From contig JBGAQA010000112.1 in assembly GCA_044220955.1 (NCBI GenBank), positions 1-20,194 of the forward strand: a stretch of 20,194 nt of DNA, given 5' to 3'. Below, piece by piece: positions 8,261-17,036 of this stretch. Under the pieces are notes generated by a model. That model ran no database searches and was not told where the DNA came from. It was given only the letters and a program-made list of their open reading frames with translations. Numbering within the stretch: the first letter of the stretch is position 1; each line of letters opens with the position of its first letter. The translations under genes and the position numbers were made by a program. Source of the stretch: Sandaracinaceae bacterium (lineage in GTDB: Bacteria; Myxococcota_A; Polyangia; Polyangiales; Sandaracinaceae).

Positions 8261-10285
8261 ATGCGCGCTTCCTGGCAACGGATCCTCCTGATCGCGACGG
8301 TCTTCGGCCTCGCGAGCTGCAACGGCTCCATCTCGATGGACCCCCGCTTCGTCACCCTGCACAACACGATGGCCGCCATCGGGATGTCGCAGAGCGGCTC
8401 GATCAGCGAGGGGTCGCTCCCGGAAGGAGGCGAGGCGCACTTCGACGGCCGGCTCGATCCGGGGCAGTGCTACACGGTCGTCGGGCTCGGCGCCGGAGGC
8501 GTGGCGAACCTCGACGTGGTCATCACCGACGAGGCGGGCAACGACATCGCCCACGACAGCACCGAGGACGGCTCGGCGGCCGTCCAGTTCTGCCCCCAGT
8601 ACCCGGCCCAGTACCGCATCTCGGTCCGGATGACCCGCGGCTCGGGCGGCTACCTCGTGACGTCTTGGTCCGGGGCGCCGGGCGGCGGCGCCAGCTACGG
8701 CGTGCCGACCCCCGACTACGGCTACGCGGCCGCCGCGCCGGTGCGACCGCCGCACGGCGGGCCAGGCACGTGCGATGCGCCCTACACGCTGACCCCGAGC
8801 GAGCCCGGTCGTGGCGACACGACGGACGGCGACGCGGTCGTGACCGGCAGCTGCATCTACGGGAGCACGGCGCCCGAGCACGTCTACCAGTTCACGGTCG
8901 AGCAGCGCTCGCTCGTGCGGGCCGTGCTCAACTCGACCTACGACGGCGCGCTCTACTTCCAGGCGGCCTGCGGCGACTCGCGCGCCGAGCTCGCGTGCAA
9001 CGACGACGCGCCGACCACCTCGCGCTCGGAGATCAGCGCGACGCTCGATCCCGGCCTCTACTACCTGGTCGTCGACGGCTATGGGGCCGGGATGGGGCAG
9101 TACGAGGTCAGCCTCTCCATGATGGCGATGCGCTCGGTCGGCGAGGTCTGCGGCGCGGCCACGCCGCTCACGCCGGGCGCGACGGTCGCAGGCACGACGG
9201 CCACCGAGGCGAACTACTTCGAGGCGACGTGCGCAGGCAACGCCGGCTCGCCCGACCGCGTGTACACCCTCGACGTCGCGCAGCGCTCGCGCGTGCGCCT
9301 CCGGATGCAGAGCACCTACGACGGCGCCGTGTACGTACGCTCCACGTGCGCGGACCCCTCGACCGAGATCGCGTGCAACGACGACTACCAGGACACGCGG
9401 CACTCGCTCGCGACGGCCACGCTCGATCCGGGCCGCTACTACGTGTACGCGGACGGCTTCTCGGACACCTCGAGCGGCGACTACTCGCTGACGGCCGACG
9501 TGGTCGCTGCAGCCGGGTCGGGCGCCGCCGGCGACACCTGTGCGGCCGCCAGCGTGTGGGCGCCCGGCGCGGACCTGAGCGCCGACACGTTCACGATGGG
9601 CGACGACGCCACGGGCAGCTGCGGCGGCGGCGGCGCACCCGACGCCGTGTACCGGCTGAACCTCACCTCGCGCTCGAGGATCCGCGCGAGCTTCGCGAGC
9701 GCCGAGTTCCCGCCGGTCGTGTACCTGCAGCGCACCTGCGGCGACACGACGAGCGAGGTGTTCTGCCTCGACGGACGCTCCGGCGCGCCGATCGACCAGA
9801 CGCTGGCGGCGGGCACGTACTACCTCGTGGTCGACGGCGTCGATCAGAACGCGTTCGGCGCGGCCTCCGTCCACGTGCAGGTCGACGACATGGGCGCGCT
9901 CGAGGCCTCGTGTCGCTCGGCCCCGCTCATCCGCCCGGGTCACCAGGTCACCGGCACCACCGTCGGATCGACCGACCGGTTCCAGGCGACCTGCGCGGGC
10001 GGCGCGGCGAGCCCCGACCTCATCTATCGACTCCAGATCCGCCGTCGCTCGACGGTGCGGATCACGAGCGAGCAGACCGACTGGGACGGCGCGATCTACA
10101 TCCGGAGCGACTGCACGGACCAGACGACCGAGCTGGGCTGCAACGACGACGCCGGCGACAACCGCCACTCGACGCTCGAGACGGAGCTCGACCCGGGCAC
10201 CTACTTCGTGTTCATGGACGGCTTCTCGTCGGGCAACGCCGGCGCCTTCACGATCGACGTGGACGTGCAGACGTCGACGCCCTGA
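8261..10285 (+). CDS. Lipoprotein with four tandem PPC-like (pre-peptidase C-terminal-like) Cys-containing repeats and no catalytic domain
   Basis: Lipobox GLASC. The N-terminal domain contains 'LDPGQCYTVVG...NLDVVITD...VQFCP'. Four repeats of about 125 aa share the consensus C..A..L.PG...G.T...TC.G...PD.VY...RS.VR...DGA.Y...C.D...E.ACNDD...S.L...LDPG.YY..VDG. Confidence 0.85.
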   Translation: MRASWQRILLIATVFGLASCNGSISMDPRFVTLHNTMAAIGMSQSGSISEGSLPEGGEAHFDGRLDPGQCYTVVGLGAGGVANLDVVITDEAGNDIAHDSTEDGSAAVQFCPQYPAQYRISVRMTRGSGGYLVTSWSGAPGGGASYGVPTPDYGYAAAAPVRPPHGGPGTCDAPYTLTPSEPGRGDTTDGDAVVTGSCIYGSTAPEHVYQFTVEQRSLVRAVLNSTYDGALYFQAACGDSRAELACNDDAPTTSRSEISATLDPGLYYLVVDGYGAGMGQYEVSLSMMAMRSVGEVCGAATPLTPGATVAGTTATEANYFEATCAGNAGSPDRVYTLDVAQRSRVRLRMQSTYDGAVYVRSTCADPSTEIACNDDYQDTRHSLATATLDPGRYYVYADGFSDTSSGDYSLTADVVAAAGSGAAGDTCAAASVWAPGADLSADTFTMGDDATGSCGGGGAPDAVYRLNLTSRSRIRASFASAEFPPVVYLQRTCGDTTSEVFCLDGRSGAPIDQTLAAGTYYLVVDGVDQNAFGAASVHVQVDDMGALEASCRSAPLIRPGHQVTGTTVGSTDRFQATCAGGAASPDLIYRLQIRRRSTVRITSEQTDWDGAIYIRSDCTDQTTELGCNDDAGDNRHSTLETELDPGTYFVFMDGFSSGNAGAFTIDVDVQTSTP

Positions 10286-10310
10286 CGGCGGGCCAGCCGA
10301 GAGCGGCTCG

Positions 10311-10354
10311 GCTCCCTCGCCCCACGCAGTGGGGAGAGGGAGCGGGTGAGGGGG
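10311..10354. repeat. REP-like palindrome (CCCTC.CCCC...GGGGAGAGGG...GGGTGAGGGG type)
   Basis: 15-bp stem 10311-10325/10329-10343 with one mismatch and a GCA loop, followed by GGGTGAGGGG. It lies between convergent genes. Confidence 0.7.
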
Positions 10355-10385
10355 CGAGAGCGAGAGCGAGAGCGAGAGCGAGAGC
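10354..10385. repeat. (GCGAGA)5 tract, reverse complement of the CTCGCT-type repeat
   Basis: Five perfect GCGAGA units at 10354-10383, then GC and the SDR stop codon (10386-10388). Confidence 0.92.
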
Positions 10386-11402
10386 TCAGCCGAGCTGCGC
10401 CCGCACCCGCTCCGCGGGCTTGCCGCTGATCCAGCCGCGCGCGACGCACCAGCGCAGCGCCTCGTCGATGGCGTCGCGCGCGGGCCTCGGCTGCCAGTCG
10501 AAGGCCGTCTTCGCCTTCGTCGTGTCGTACCAGCCCCAGCGGCCATAGAACTCGTCGGCGGCGGCCGCGCTGAGCGGCAGCCTCACGCCCACGCCGCGGG
10601 CGATCGCGTCGAGCGCTTGCACGCTCGGGACCATCATCCAGCGCGGCAGCGGCGAGGGCACGGCGAGGTTGCCGGTGCGAGCGATGATGTGGTCCACGAT
10701 CTCGCCCATCGAGAGGTTCTCGCTGCACACGATGTAGCGCTCTGCCTCCGTGCCGCGCGTGATCGCCTCGACGAGCATCCACGCCGCGTCACGCACGTCC
10801 GTGAAGGCCATGCCGCCCGCGAAACGCGCGGCCGGGAACATGGCGCTCCCCACGACGAATTCGTGGCTCGGCGTCTGGCGGTAGTCGAGCGAGCCCAAGA
10901 TCCCGTTCGGAAGGATCGCGACGAGCGGCACGCCGAGCTCGCCCGCGATCTCCCAGGCGCGCTTCTCGGAGAGCGTCTTGGCCGCGGCGTAGGGGTCGAC
11001 GAGGCGCTCGTTCCAGGCGGTCTCGTCGAGCGCTGCAGGCCGGGCCGAGAAGCCGACCGCATACGTCGAGCTGCAGTGCACGACCCGCGCGCCCGTCTCC
11101 GCCGCAGCGCGCAGGACGTTCTCCGTGCCCGACACCGCGGGGCGCACGATCTCCTCGGGCACGCGCGAGCCGATCTTGAACACGGCCGCGAGGTGCACGA
11201 TCGCGCTGCATCGGCGCGCGGCGCGGCGAACGGCGGCGGCATCGAGCACGTCGCCGAGCGCGTGCTCGAGCGCGAGGCCCGCGTGGCCGCTGGTGTCCGC
11301 GCCCTCACGCACCATCGCGACGACCTCGTGGCCCCGCGCGATCAGCTCGCGCACCACGTGGTTGCCGACGTGGCCGTTCGAGCCGGTCACGAGCACGCGC
11401 AT
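10386..11402 (-). CDS. NAD-dependent epimerase/dehydratase (extended SDR, dihydroflavonol reductase-like)
   Basis: MRVLVTGSNGHVG Rossmann motif, IVHLAA, HCSS, catalytic YAAAK, FTDVRDAA. ATG at 11402 is 2 nt after the kinase stop. Confidence 0.93.
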   Translation of the reverse strand: MRVLVTGSNGHVGNHVVRELIARGHEVVAMVREGADTSGHAGLALEHALGDVLDAAAVRRAARRCSAIVHLAAVFKIGSRVPEEIVRPAVSGTENVLRAAAETGARVVHCSSTYAVGFSARPAALDETAWNERLVDPYAAAKTLSEKRAWEIAGELGVPLVAILPNGILGSLDYRQTPSHEFVVGSAMFPAARFAGGMAFTDVRDAAWMLVEAITRGTEAERYIVCSENLSMGEIVDHIIARTGNLAVPSPLPRWMMVPSVQALDAIARGVGVRLPLSAAAADEFYGRWGWYDTTKAKTAFDWQPRPARDAIDEALRWCVARGWISGKPAERVRAQLG

Positions 11403-11404
11403 CG

Positions 11405-13144
11405 TCAGGCCGCCTCGTCCGGCGCCAGGTCGCTCGCGCCCCAGGGATGCCGGCGGAGCGCCCGCGCGGCGCGCTCGCGCAGCTCCGGGCTCACCTGGCC
11501 CCTGCCGAGCGCCTCGAACGCGGCGATCAGCTCGGCGGCCGTCTGGAAGCGTTCCTCGGGGCGCTTGGCCATCGCGACGGCCAGGACGACGTCCACCGCC
11601 GGGTCGAGCCCGCCCGCGGCGGAGGGCGCCGGAGGCATCGTCCCGATCACCTTGAAGAGGACCGACGGCGTGTCCTTGCCGCTGAACGCAGGGCGCCCGG
11701 TGAGCGCGCGGTAGGCGATCACGCCGAGCGAGTAGAGGTCGACCCGCGCGTCCACGCGCCCGCCACGCGCCTGCTCGGGCGCCATGTACGGCGGCGTGCC
11801 GATCATCTGGTCCTTGGTGAGCGTCTCGGACCCGGCCAGCCGCGAGATGCCGAAGTCGAGGATCTTCCACACCGTCTCCGCGCGCGGGGCGTCGCGGTGC
11901 GCGAACACGTTCTGCGGCTTGATGTCGCGGTGGATCACGCCCGCCGCGTGCGCCGCCGCGAGCCCGTGGCCGATGCCGGTGACCAGCGCCACCGTCTCGC
12001 CGAGCGGCAGGCGTGCGCGCGCGCGCAAGAGGTCCGAGAGCGTCTCGCCGTGCAGGCGCTCCATCGTCAGGTAGGGCGCCCCTTCGGTATCGCCCGGCGT
12101 CTCGAGCACGCGCACGACGTTCGGCACCTGCAGGGCCGCCGCGATCTTCACCTCGCGCAGGAAGCGCGCGACGAGCTCGGGCTCGCGCGCCGCGGAGGCC
12201 ACGAGCAGCTTCACCGCGGCGGGCGCGCCGCTCTCGACGTGCGCCGCCTCGTAGACCTCGCCCATGGCGCCGCGCCCGAGCACGTTGCCCAGCCGGTAGT
12301 GACCGACGACCTGCTCGGTGAAGCGGCCCGGACCGCCGACCTTGAGGGCGCGATCGAGCTCCTGCTTGGCCTCGAGCAAGAGCGCCTCCCGCTTGGCCAG
12401 GCCTCGCGCCGCCTCCTCGAGCGCGACCATCCCCTCCTCGGTCGACTCGCGGTGCCCGCGGGCGAGCAGGTACGCGATGCCGAAGAGAAACTGCGCGATG
12501 CCGAGCACGGCGACCGCCTCGAGCCCGCCCAGCGTGACGGGACGGATGATCCCGTGATCGGGGAAGAGCCCCGTGGCGACGAGGACGCCGAGCAGCGCGT
12601 GCGGCAGCGCGGCACCGGCGAGGACCGCGACGACCGGAGCACGCTGCCCGCCGCTCGCGAAGAAGTAGACGGCGATCGGCACGATGGCGACGCCCGAGGA
12701 GAACACGCCCCAGAAGACGAAGGTCGATGCGATGCCGACGCCACAGCAGAGCGCGAAGACCACGCTCATCCAGGGGCGATAGCGGCCCTGGTCGCGCAAG
12801 AGGCGCCAGAGCGCGAGCGACATCACGAACGTCGGCATGATCCCGGCGAGGTGGATCCAGCGCGCGACCGGCTCGGCGTCGATGACGAAGATCGTGATCG
12901 AGACGAACACGATGAGCATCGCGGTGAGCTTGGCGAACATGTGCGTCCGCCGGATCTCGACGAGCAGCAGCGCCTCCCGCGGGCTCGAGACCGTGCGCGG
13001 CGCGGAGCCGCCCGTCCCGGGGGTCGTGCCCGCGGGGCGCGTGCGCGCGGTGTTCTTCGCCTTGGCGGTGGGGGCGACCTCGTCGGGGGCAGGAGCGGGG
13101 AGCGGCGTGAGGGTGTCGCCGTCGAGCGGATCCGGCTCGCTCAT
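11405..13144 (-). CDS. Membrane-bound Hanks-type Ser/Thr protein kinase (multi-TM N-terminus, C-terminal kinase domain)
   Basis: Motifs LGRGAMGEVY, AAVKLL, IHRDIKPQN, DFG, GTPPYMAPE, DLYSLG. About 6 hydrophobic segments and a coiled-coil-like linker precede the kinase domain. ATG at 13144 forms an ATGA overlap with the upstream stop. Confidence 0.93.
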   Translation of the reverse strand: MSEPDPLDGDTLTPLPAPAPDEVAPTAKAKNTARTRPAGTTPGTGGSAPRTVSSPREALLLVEIRRTHMFAKLTAMLIVFVSITIFVIDAEPVARWIHLAGIMPTFVMSLALWRLLRDQGRYRPWMSVVFALCCGVGIASTFVFWGVFSSGVAIVPIAVYFFASGGQRAPVVAVLAGAALPHALLGVLVATGLFPDHGIIRPVTLGGLEAVAVLGIAQFLFGIAYLLARGHRESTEEGMVALEEAARGLAKREALLLEAKQELDRALKVGGPGRFTEQVVGHYRLGNVLGRGAMGEVYEAAHVESGAPAAVKLLVASAAREPELVARFLREVKIAAALQVPNVVRVLETPGDTEGAPYLTMERLHGETLSDLLRARARLPLGETVALVTGIGHGLAAAHAAGVIHRDIKPQNVFAHRDAPRAETVWKILDFGISRLAGSETLTKDQMIGTPPYMAPEQARGGRVDARVDLYSLGVIAYRALTGRPAFSGKDTPSVLFKVIGTMPPAPSAAGGLDPAVDVVLAVAMAKRPEERFQTAAELIAAFEALGRGQVSPELRERAARALRRHPWGASDLAPDEAA

Positions 13145-13629
13145 CGCGTGTCGCCGAGGGGCGCGAGCTCGAAGAAGAAGTGGTCCCCCTCGCCCCGCTC
13201 CGCGTTCAGGCCACCGAGGCCGAGCACCCGCCCGTCGGCGAGCGGCTTCAGCTCGTCGTAGAGGATGCCGCGGAGCGGAAGCCGCGACACGTCGTAGTGG
13301 ACCTGCAGCACGCGCGCGTCCCGCCAGCGCGAGGGCCCCTCGACCAGGCGGAAGTGTCCGGCGGCGAGGCGCGGGTCCTCGAACCACCAGCGCTTGGCGT
13401 CGAGATCGAGGCCCCAGCGAACGACGCGGAACAGGATCGCGTCCAGGACGCGCACCGAGAGCCGACCGGCCCCGCGCGAGGCCACCGGGCCGAGGAAGCT
13501 GCCCCGTACCAGCCCGCGCGGGAGCGTGGCGAGCCCATCGCCGGCGAAGAGCGCCTCGAGCGAGGCGAGGGGCGGACGCGGGACGGCATCGGACGGGAGC
13601 GGGAAGCGGCGGGTCGAGCGCGGAGACAC
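13141..13629 (-). CDS. Hypothetical protein, probably a small beta-barrel
   Basis: Protein-like composition (LEALF..LPRG..G.FLG...F....GPSRW...LQVHYD...ILYDELKPLADGRVLGLG...FFFEL). ATGA coupling to the kinase. GTG 13629 lies 7 nt after TATCCT; the alternative start is GTG 13632. Confidence 0.72.
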   Translation of the reverse strand: MSPRSTRRFPLPSDAVPRPPLASLEALFAGDGLATLPRGLVRGSFLGPVASRGAGRLSVRVLDAILFRVVRWGLDLDAKRWWFEDPRLAAGHFRLVEGPSRWRDARVLQVHYDVSRLPLRGILYDELKPLADGRVLGLGGLNAERGEGDHFFFELAPLGDTR

Positions 13630-13636
13630 CACGCAC

Positions 13637-13672
13637 AGGATAGCGCCCGCGCCCGTGGCCCGCGTGTACGAT
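13637..13672. promoter_or_regulatory. Back-to-back divergent -10-like hexamers
   Basis: Minus-strand TATCCT (13642-13637) is 7 nt before GTG 13629. Plus-strand TACGAT (13667-13672) is 6 nt before ATG 13679. Confidence 0.55.
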
Positions 13673-13678
13673 CGGACG

Positions 13679-15142
13679 ATGCAACGATCTTGGGGCGCGC
13701 GCCTCGCCCTCGTGGCTCTGGTGGCCGGGTGCGGCAGGTCGACGCCGGGGTGCGGCGCCCCTGCGCCCGTCCCGGACGACGCCGCGTCGACCGACGCCGG
13801 ACGCGACGCAGGACCGACCTATCCGACGTGCGAGGTGCTGGCGCCCGTCGTGGCCGGGACGGCCGAGACCGATGCGCTGGCGGACGCGCCCGCGCGCTGC
13901 GGCATGCCGGCGTACGTGTGGCTGCGTGATCCGTCCCTCGGGAGCGTCGTCTCGCGCACGCGCGGGCAGTCGTTCACGAGCGCGATGCTCAACGCGCTCG
14001 CCACGGGCGCGAGCCTGGCGCTGCCGCGGCCGATCGCCCACGACGTGCAGATCGACGACGTGGTCTACGTCACGCAGGACCGTGGGCGGCTCGTCCAGAG
14101 CAGCGCGGCGCTCGCGTATCCGACCGACCTGCCGGATCGGCAGAGCCTGCCTGTGTTCCTGATGCTGCACGGAACGAGCGGCTGGCGTCCGCGCTGCGGG
14201 CCGACGGCCGACGTCAGCTACCACGCGCTCGCGGCCGCGCTCGCCGGGTTCGGCTTCGTCGTCGTCGCGCCCGATTACCTCGGCCTCGAGAGCGGGGGGA
14301 CGCCCTACGGGGCTCCGCTGCCCTACCTCGTGGGCGAGCCGACCGCGATCGCCTCGCTCGACGCCGTGCGCGCCGGGCTGCGCGCGCTCTCGGAGCTCCG
14401 CACCGCCGCCTGCGGCGCGAGCGACGTCGTCGTCTGGGGCGGCTCGCAGGGTGGCCACGCCGCGCTCTGGGTCGAGCGCCTGGCGCCCTACTACGCGCGC
14501 GAGCTGCGCCTGCGCGGCGTCGTCGCGGCCGTCCCCGCGAGCGACGTGGTGGGCCACGCCGAGCGGTGCTTCTCCGCGACGACGGACGGCACCGAGTACT
14601 TCGAGGCGATGCTCGCCACGGCGCCCACCTGGTACGGAGCGGGGAGCCGCCTCAGCGAGGTCTTCGTCGCGCCGCACGACGTCGATCTCGGCGCGACGCT
14701 CGCCGCGAGCTGCTCGCCGACGATCCCGGTCGATCCGCTCGACGGCATCCTCACCTCCACCCTCCGCGACGCCGCGGCGGCCGGGACGCTCGACGCCGTG
14801 CCGACGTGGGGCTGCATCCTCTCCGAGTCGTCTCTGCTCGACACGAGCATCCCGCGCCTCTCGACCGCGAGCGATCCCGGCTACGGAATCCTCTTCATCA
14901 CGGGCGAGGGCGATACGCTGCTGCCGCCCGCGATCGAGCGACCCGCGTACGACACGCTCTGTGCGGCGGGCGTTCCCCTCGCGTACGTGGAGTGCGCCGG
15001 CGCCCAGCACGCCGACGCCGCGCTCTGGACGATCGGCGAGACGCTCGACTTCGTCGAAGCGCGACTCCGGGGCGACGCGTTCACCGCGGCGTGCGCGCGG
15101 CCCGCCGCAGCCCGATGCAGCGGCACGCCACCTCGACCCTGA
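13679..15142 (+). CDS. Secretory lipase (LIP family) alpha/beta hydrolase lipoprotein
   Basis: Lipobox LVAGC, DAG linker, LHGTSG, VVAPDYLGL, ASLDAVRA, nucleophile WGGSQGGHAA, candidate Asp (GEGDTLL) and His (GAQHADA). Confidence 0.88.
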   Translation: MQRSWGARLALVALVAGCGRSTPGCGAPAPVPDDAASTDAGRDAGPTYPTCEVLAPVVAGTAETDALADAPARCGMPAYVWLRDPSLGSVVSRTRGQSFTSAMLNALATGASLALPRPIAHDVQIDDVVYVTQDRGRLVQSSAALAYPTDLPDRQSLPVFLMLHGTSGWRPRCGPTADVSYHALAAALAGFGFVVVAPDYLGLESGGTPYGAPLPYLVGEPTAIASLDAVRAGLRALSELRTAACGASDVVVWGGSQGGHAALWVERLAPYYARELRLRGVVAAVPASDVVGHAERCFSATTDGTEYFEAMLATAPTWYGAGSRLSEVFVAPHDVDLGATLAASCSPTIPVDPLDGILTSTLRDAAAAGTLDAVPTWGCILSESSLLDTSIPRLSTASDPGYGILFITGEGDTLLPPAIERPAYDTLCAAGVPLAYVECAGAQHADAALWTIGETLDFVEARLRGDAFTAACARPAAARCSGTPPRP

Positions 15143-15143
15143 T

Positions 15144-15806
15144 TCAGGGTGGGGGTGTGGCGGTCGCCGGCGCGGACGGGTCGAGATCCCAGTGCAGATC
15201 GACCGTGCCCAGGGCCCCGGCGAAGCGCAGGGTGATCCGGCGCGCGTCCTCGGGGATCGTGGGCACCCCGTCTTCGCCGACGGTCGGGAACGCGATGCGG
15301 AACGTGTGCCGCTGGCGGTTGATCGACGGGAAGTAGATGCGCTGATCCGTCGAAGGGCGACCGATCCGCAGGATCTCCGACGGGGTCGTCTGCCTCCCTT
15401 CGGGATCCACGAGGACCACGCGCACGTCCGAGTACGTGCTCGTGAGGTCTCCCTCGCGGAAGATCGGCACGCCGACCGTGACGAGGAAACGGTGCCGATC
15501 GCGCGCGTCGGCCAGCGACTGCTCGAGCGTGCGCGTGCGCTCGTCGGTCGTGAGGCTGTGATCGGCGGCGTAGCGCACGACGTACGCCCAGCGGAACTCC
15601 CAGGACTCGAAGGTCGCGGTGACGTGCAGGACCTCCGAGAGCCGGCCGAAGTCGAACTCGTCGGCCGAGCGCGTCCAGCGGTCGTAGATGCCGCCGTAGT
15701 CGCTGGCGGTGAACGCGCGCGTGCTCTCGCGGACCGAGACGGCCCCCGGGCCGCAGCTCGCGGCGGCGAGCACCAGCAAGAGCGCGATCGCCAGCACGAC
15801 CCTCAT
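15144..15806 (-). CDS. Hypothetical lipoprotein
   Basis: Signal MRVVLAIALLLVLAAASC. The start (ATG 15806 or GTG 15809) overlaps the pyrE stop. Globular composition. Confidence 0.8.
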   Translation of the reverse strand: MRVVLAIALLLVLAAASCGPGAVSVRESTRAFTASDYGGIYDRWTRSADEFDFGRLSEVLHVTATFESWEFRWAYVVRYAADHSLTTDERTRTLEQSLADARDRHRFLVTVGVPIFREGDLTSTYSDVRVVLVDPEGRQTTPSEILRIGRPSTDQRIYFPSINRQRHTFRIAFPTVGEDGVPTIPEDARRITLRFAGALGTVDLHWDLDPSAPATATPPP

Positions 15807-16378
15807 CACGTCTCGAAGGATGCCCGATCGAAGACCGCGCGCACGCGGACGCCGGCCGCCTCGAGCGCCTCGCGGCCACCCTCGAGCCGATCGACGAGCA
15901 CGACGACGCCGGCGACCGAGAGCTTGCGCGCCGCCAGCTTCTCGATGGCCTTGAGCGTGGAGCCGCCCGTGGTGATGACGTCCTCGAGCACGACGACCGG
16001 CGAGCCGTCCGGGACGTGGGTGTCGCCCTCCATGAGGCGCTGGCTGCCGTGGTCCTTGGCGGCCTTGCGCACGTAGATCGCATCGAGCGGCGTGCCGCGC
16101 TGGTGCGACACGAGCGCCACCGCCGATGCGAGCGGACAGCCTCCGAGCTCGACGCCCGCGACCGCGACCGGCCGTGGCTCGAACGCGAGCGCGGCCTCGA
16201 GCATCAGCTCGCCGACGAGCGCGTGCCCCTCGGCGAGCAGCGCCGTCTGCTTCACGTCGATGAAGAAGTCGCTCTCGCGGCCCGAGGCGAGCACGACCTT
16301 CTTCTTGGCGTAGCTGCGCGTGCGCAGCAGCGCGAGCAGGCGCGCGCGGGGATCAGCCGGCGTCACGGTCGGCTCCAT
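15806..16378 (-). CDS. pyrE: Orotate phosphoribosyltransferase
   Basis: LASGRESDFFIDVK, flexible loop VRKAAKDHG, PRPP-binding VVVLEDVITTGGS, LVDR.EGG. Confidence 0.95.
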   Translation of the reverse strand: MEPTVTPADPRARLLALLRTRSYAKKKVVLASGRESDFFIDVKQTALLAEGHALVGELMLEAALAFEPRPVAVAGVELGGCPLASAVALVSHQRGTPLDAIYVRKAAKDHGSQRLMEGDTHVPDGSPVVVLEDVITTGGSTLKAIEKLAARKLSVAGVVVLVDRLEGGREALEAAGVRVRAVFDRASFET

Positions 16379-17036
16379 CGCGGCGGCGCGCCCGGACGCG
16401 ACCGACCGAGGGCATCACGGGAGGCGGAGCGGCACGGCGTACCGGAGCCGGCGGTGGCGGCGGAGCCGCGATCGGAGCCGCGCTCGCGGCGGGAAGCTCC
16501 GCACGCTCGACTGCGACGGCGGCGGCCGCGACCGTCGCCGTGCGCGAGCGCTTCGGCTTCTCCTCGGCGACCGGCGGGTGCGGCGCCTCGATCACCGGCG
16601 CGACGCGCTCCGTCTTCGGCGCGGCGATCATCCCCGCGGCGGTCCGTGCCGCAGCGAGCGTCCCGGTCGAGGACCAGGGCGCGCGCACGGTGCCGCCCTC
16701 CGTCCGGTCGAGCCGCTCCGCGCCGGCCATCCTCACGCGCCCGCGCACCATCGCGCCGAGCGCGGCCGACACGTTCGCGGCGACGACGTCGCCCACGACG
16801 CGCGCCCCCGGCTCGAGCCGCACGCTCTCGTCGGCGGTCAGCGGCCCGTGCACGGCGCCGCTCACCACGATGGCCCGCGCGCGGATCGGCCCGCGCACCT
16901 GGCCGGTGCCCTCGACCACGACGAGTCCGTCCACGTCGAGCGAGCCCTCGACGAGCCCGGCGACCACGAGGTCCCCCTGCCCGCGGATCTGCCCCTCGAC
17001 GATCACGCCGCTCGGGATGCGCGAGGTGCGGATCAT
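16353..17036 (-). CDS. Bactofilin with long Ala/Pro-rich, basic-ended C-terminal tail (BacP-like architecture)
   Basis: Beta-helix pattern SRIPSGVIVEGQIRGQGDLVVAGLVEGSL...VVGDV.A..V....GAMVRGRVRM, then about 120 low-complexity residues. ATGA overlap with the upstream bactofilin. Confidence 0.88.
   Translation of the reverse strand: MIRTSRIPSGVIVEGQIRGQGDLVVAGLVEGSLDVDGLVVVEGTGQVRGPIRARAIVVSGAVHGPLTADESVRLEPGARVVGDVVAANVSAALGAMVRGRVRMAGAERLDRTEGGTVRAPWSSTGTLAAARTAAGMIAAPKTERVAPVIEAPHPPVAEEKPKRSRTATVAAAAVAVERAELPAASAAPIAAPPPPPAPVRRAAPPPVMPSVGRVRARRRDGADRDAG

Noticed and set aside
2650..10285. A single four-gene surface-protein operon
   Set aside because: Candidate terminators (6973-7000, 8210-8235) and separate -10-like signals (7016, 8247) argue for three transcription units.
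11403..11870. Upstream extension of the SDR ORF (494 aa)
   Set aside because: It lies out of frame within the kinase gene. The Rossmann motif begins at ATG 11402.
13145..15010. N-terminal extension making the kinase 1201 aa
   Set aside because: It overlaps the lipase (antisense) and the hypothetical gene, and is Arg/Pro-rich nonsense. The ATGA coupling at 13141-13144 marks the likely real start.
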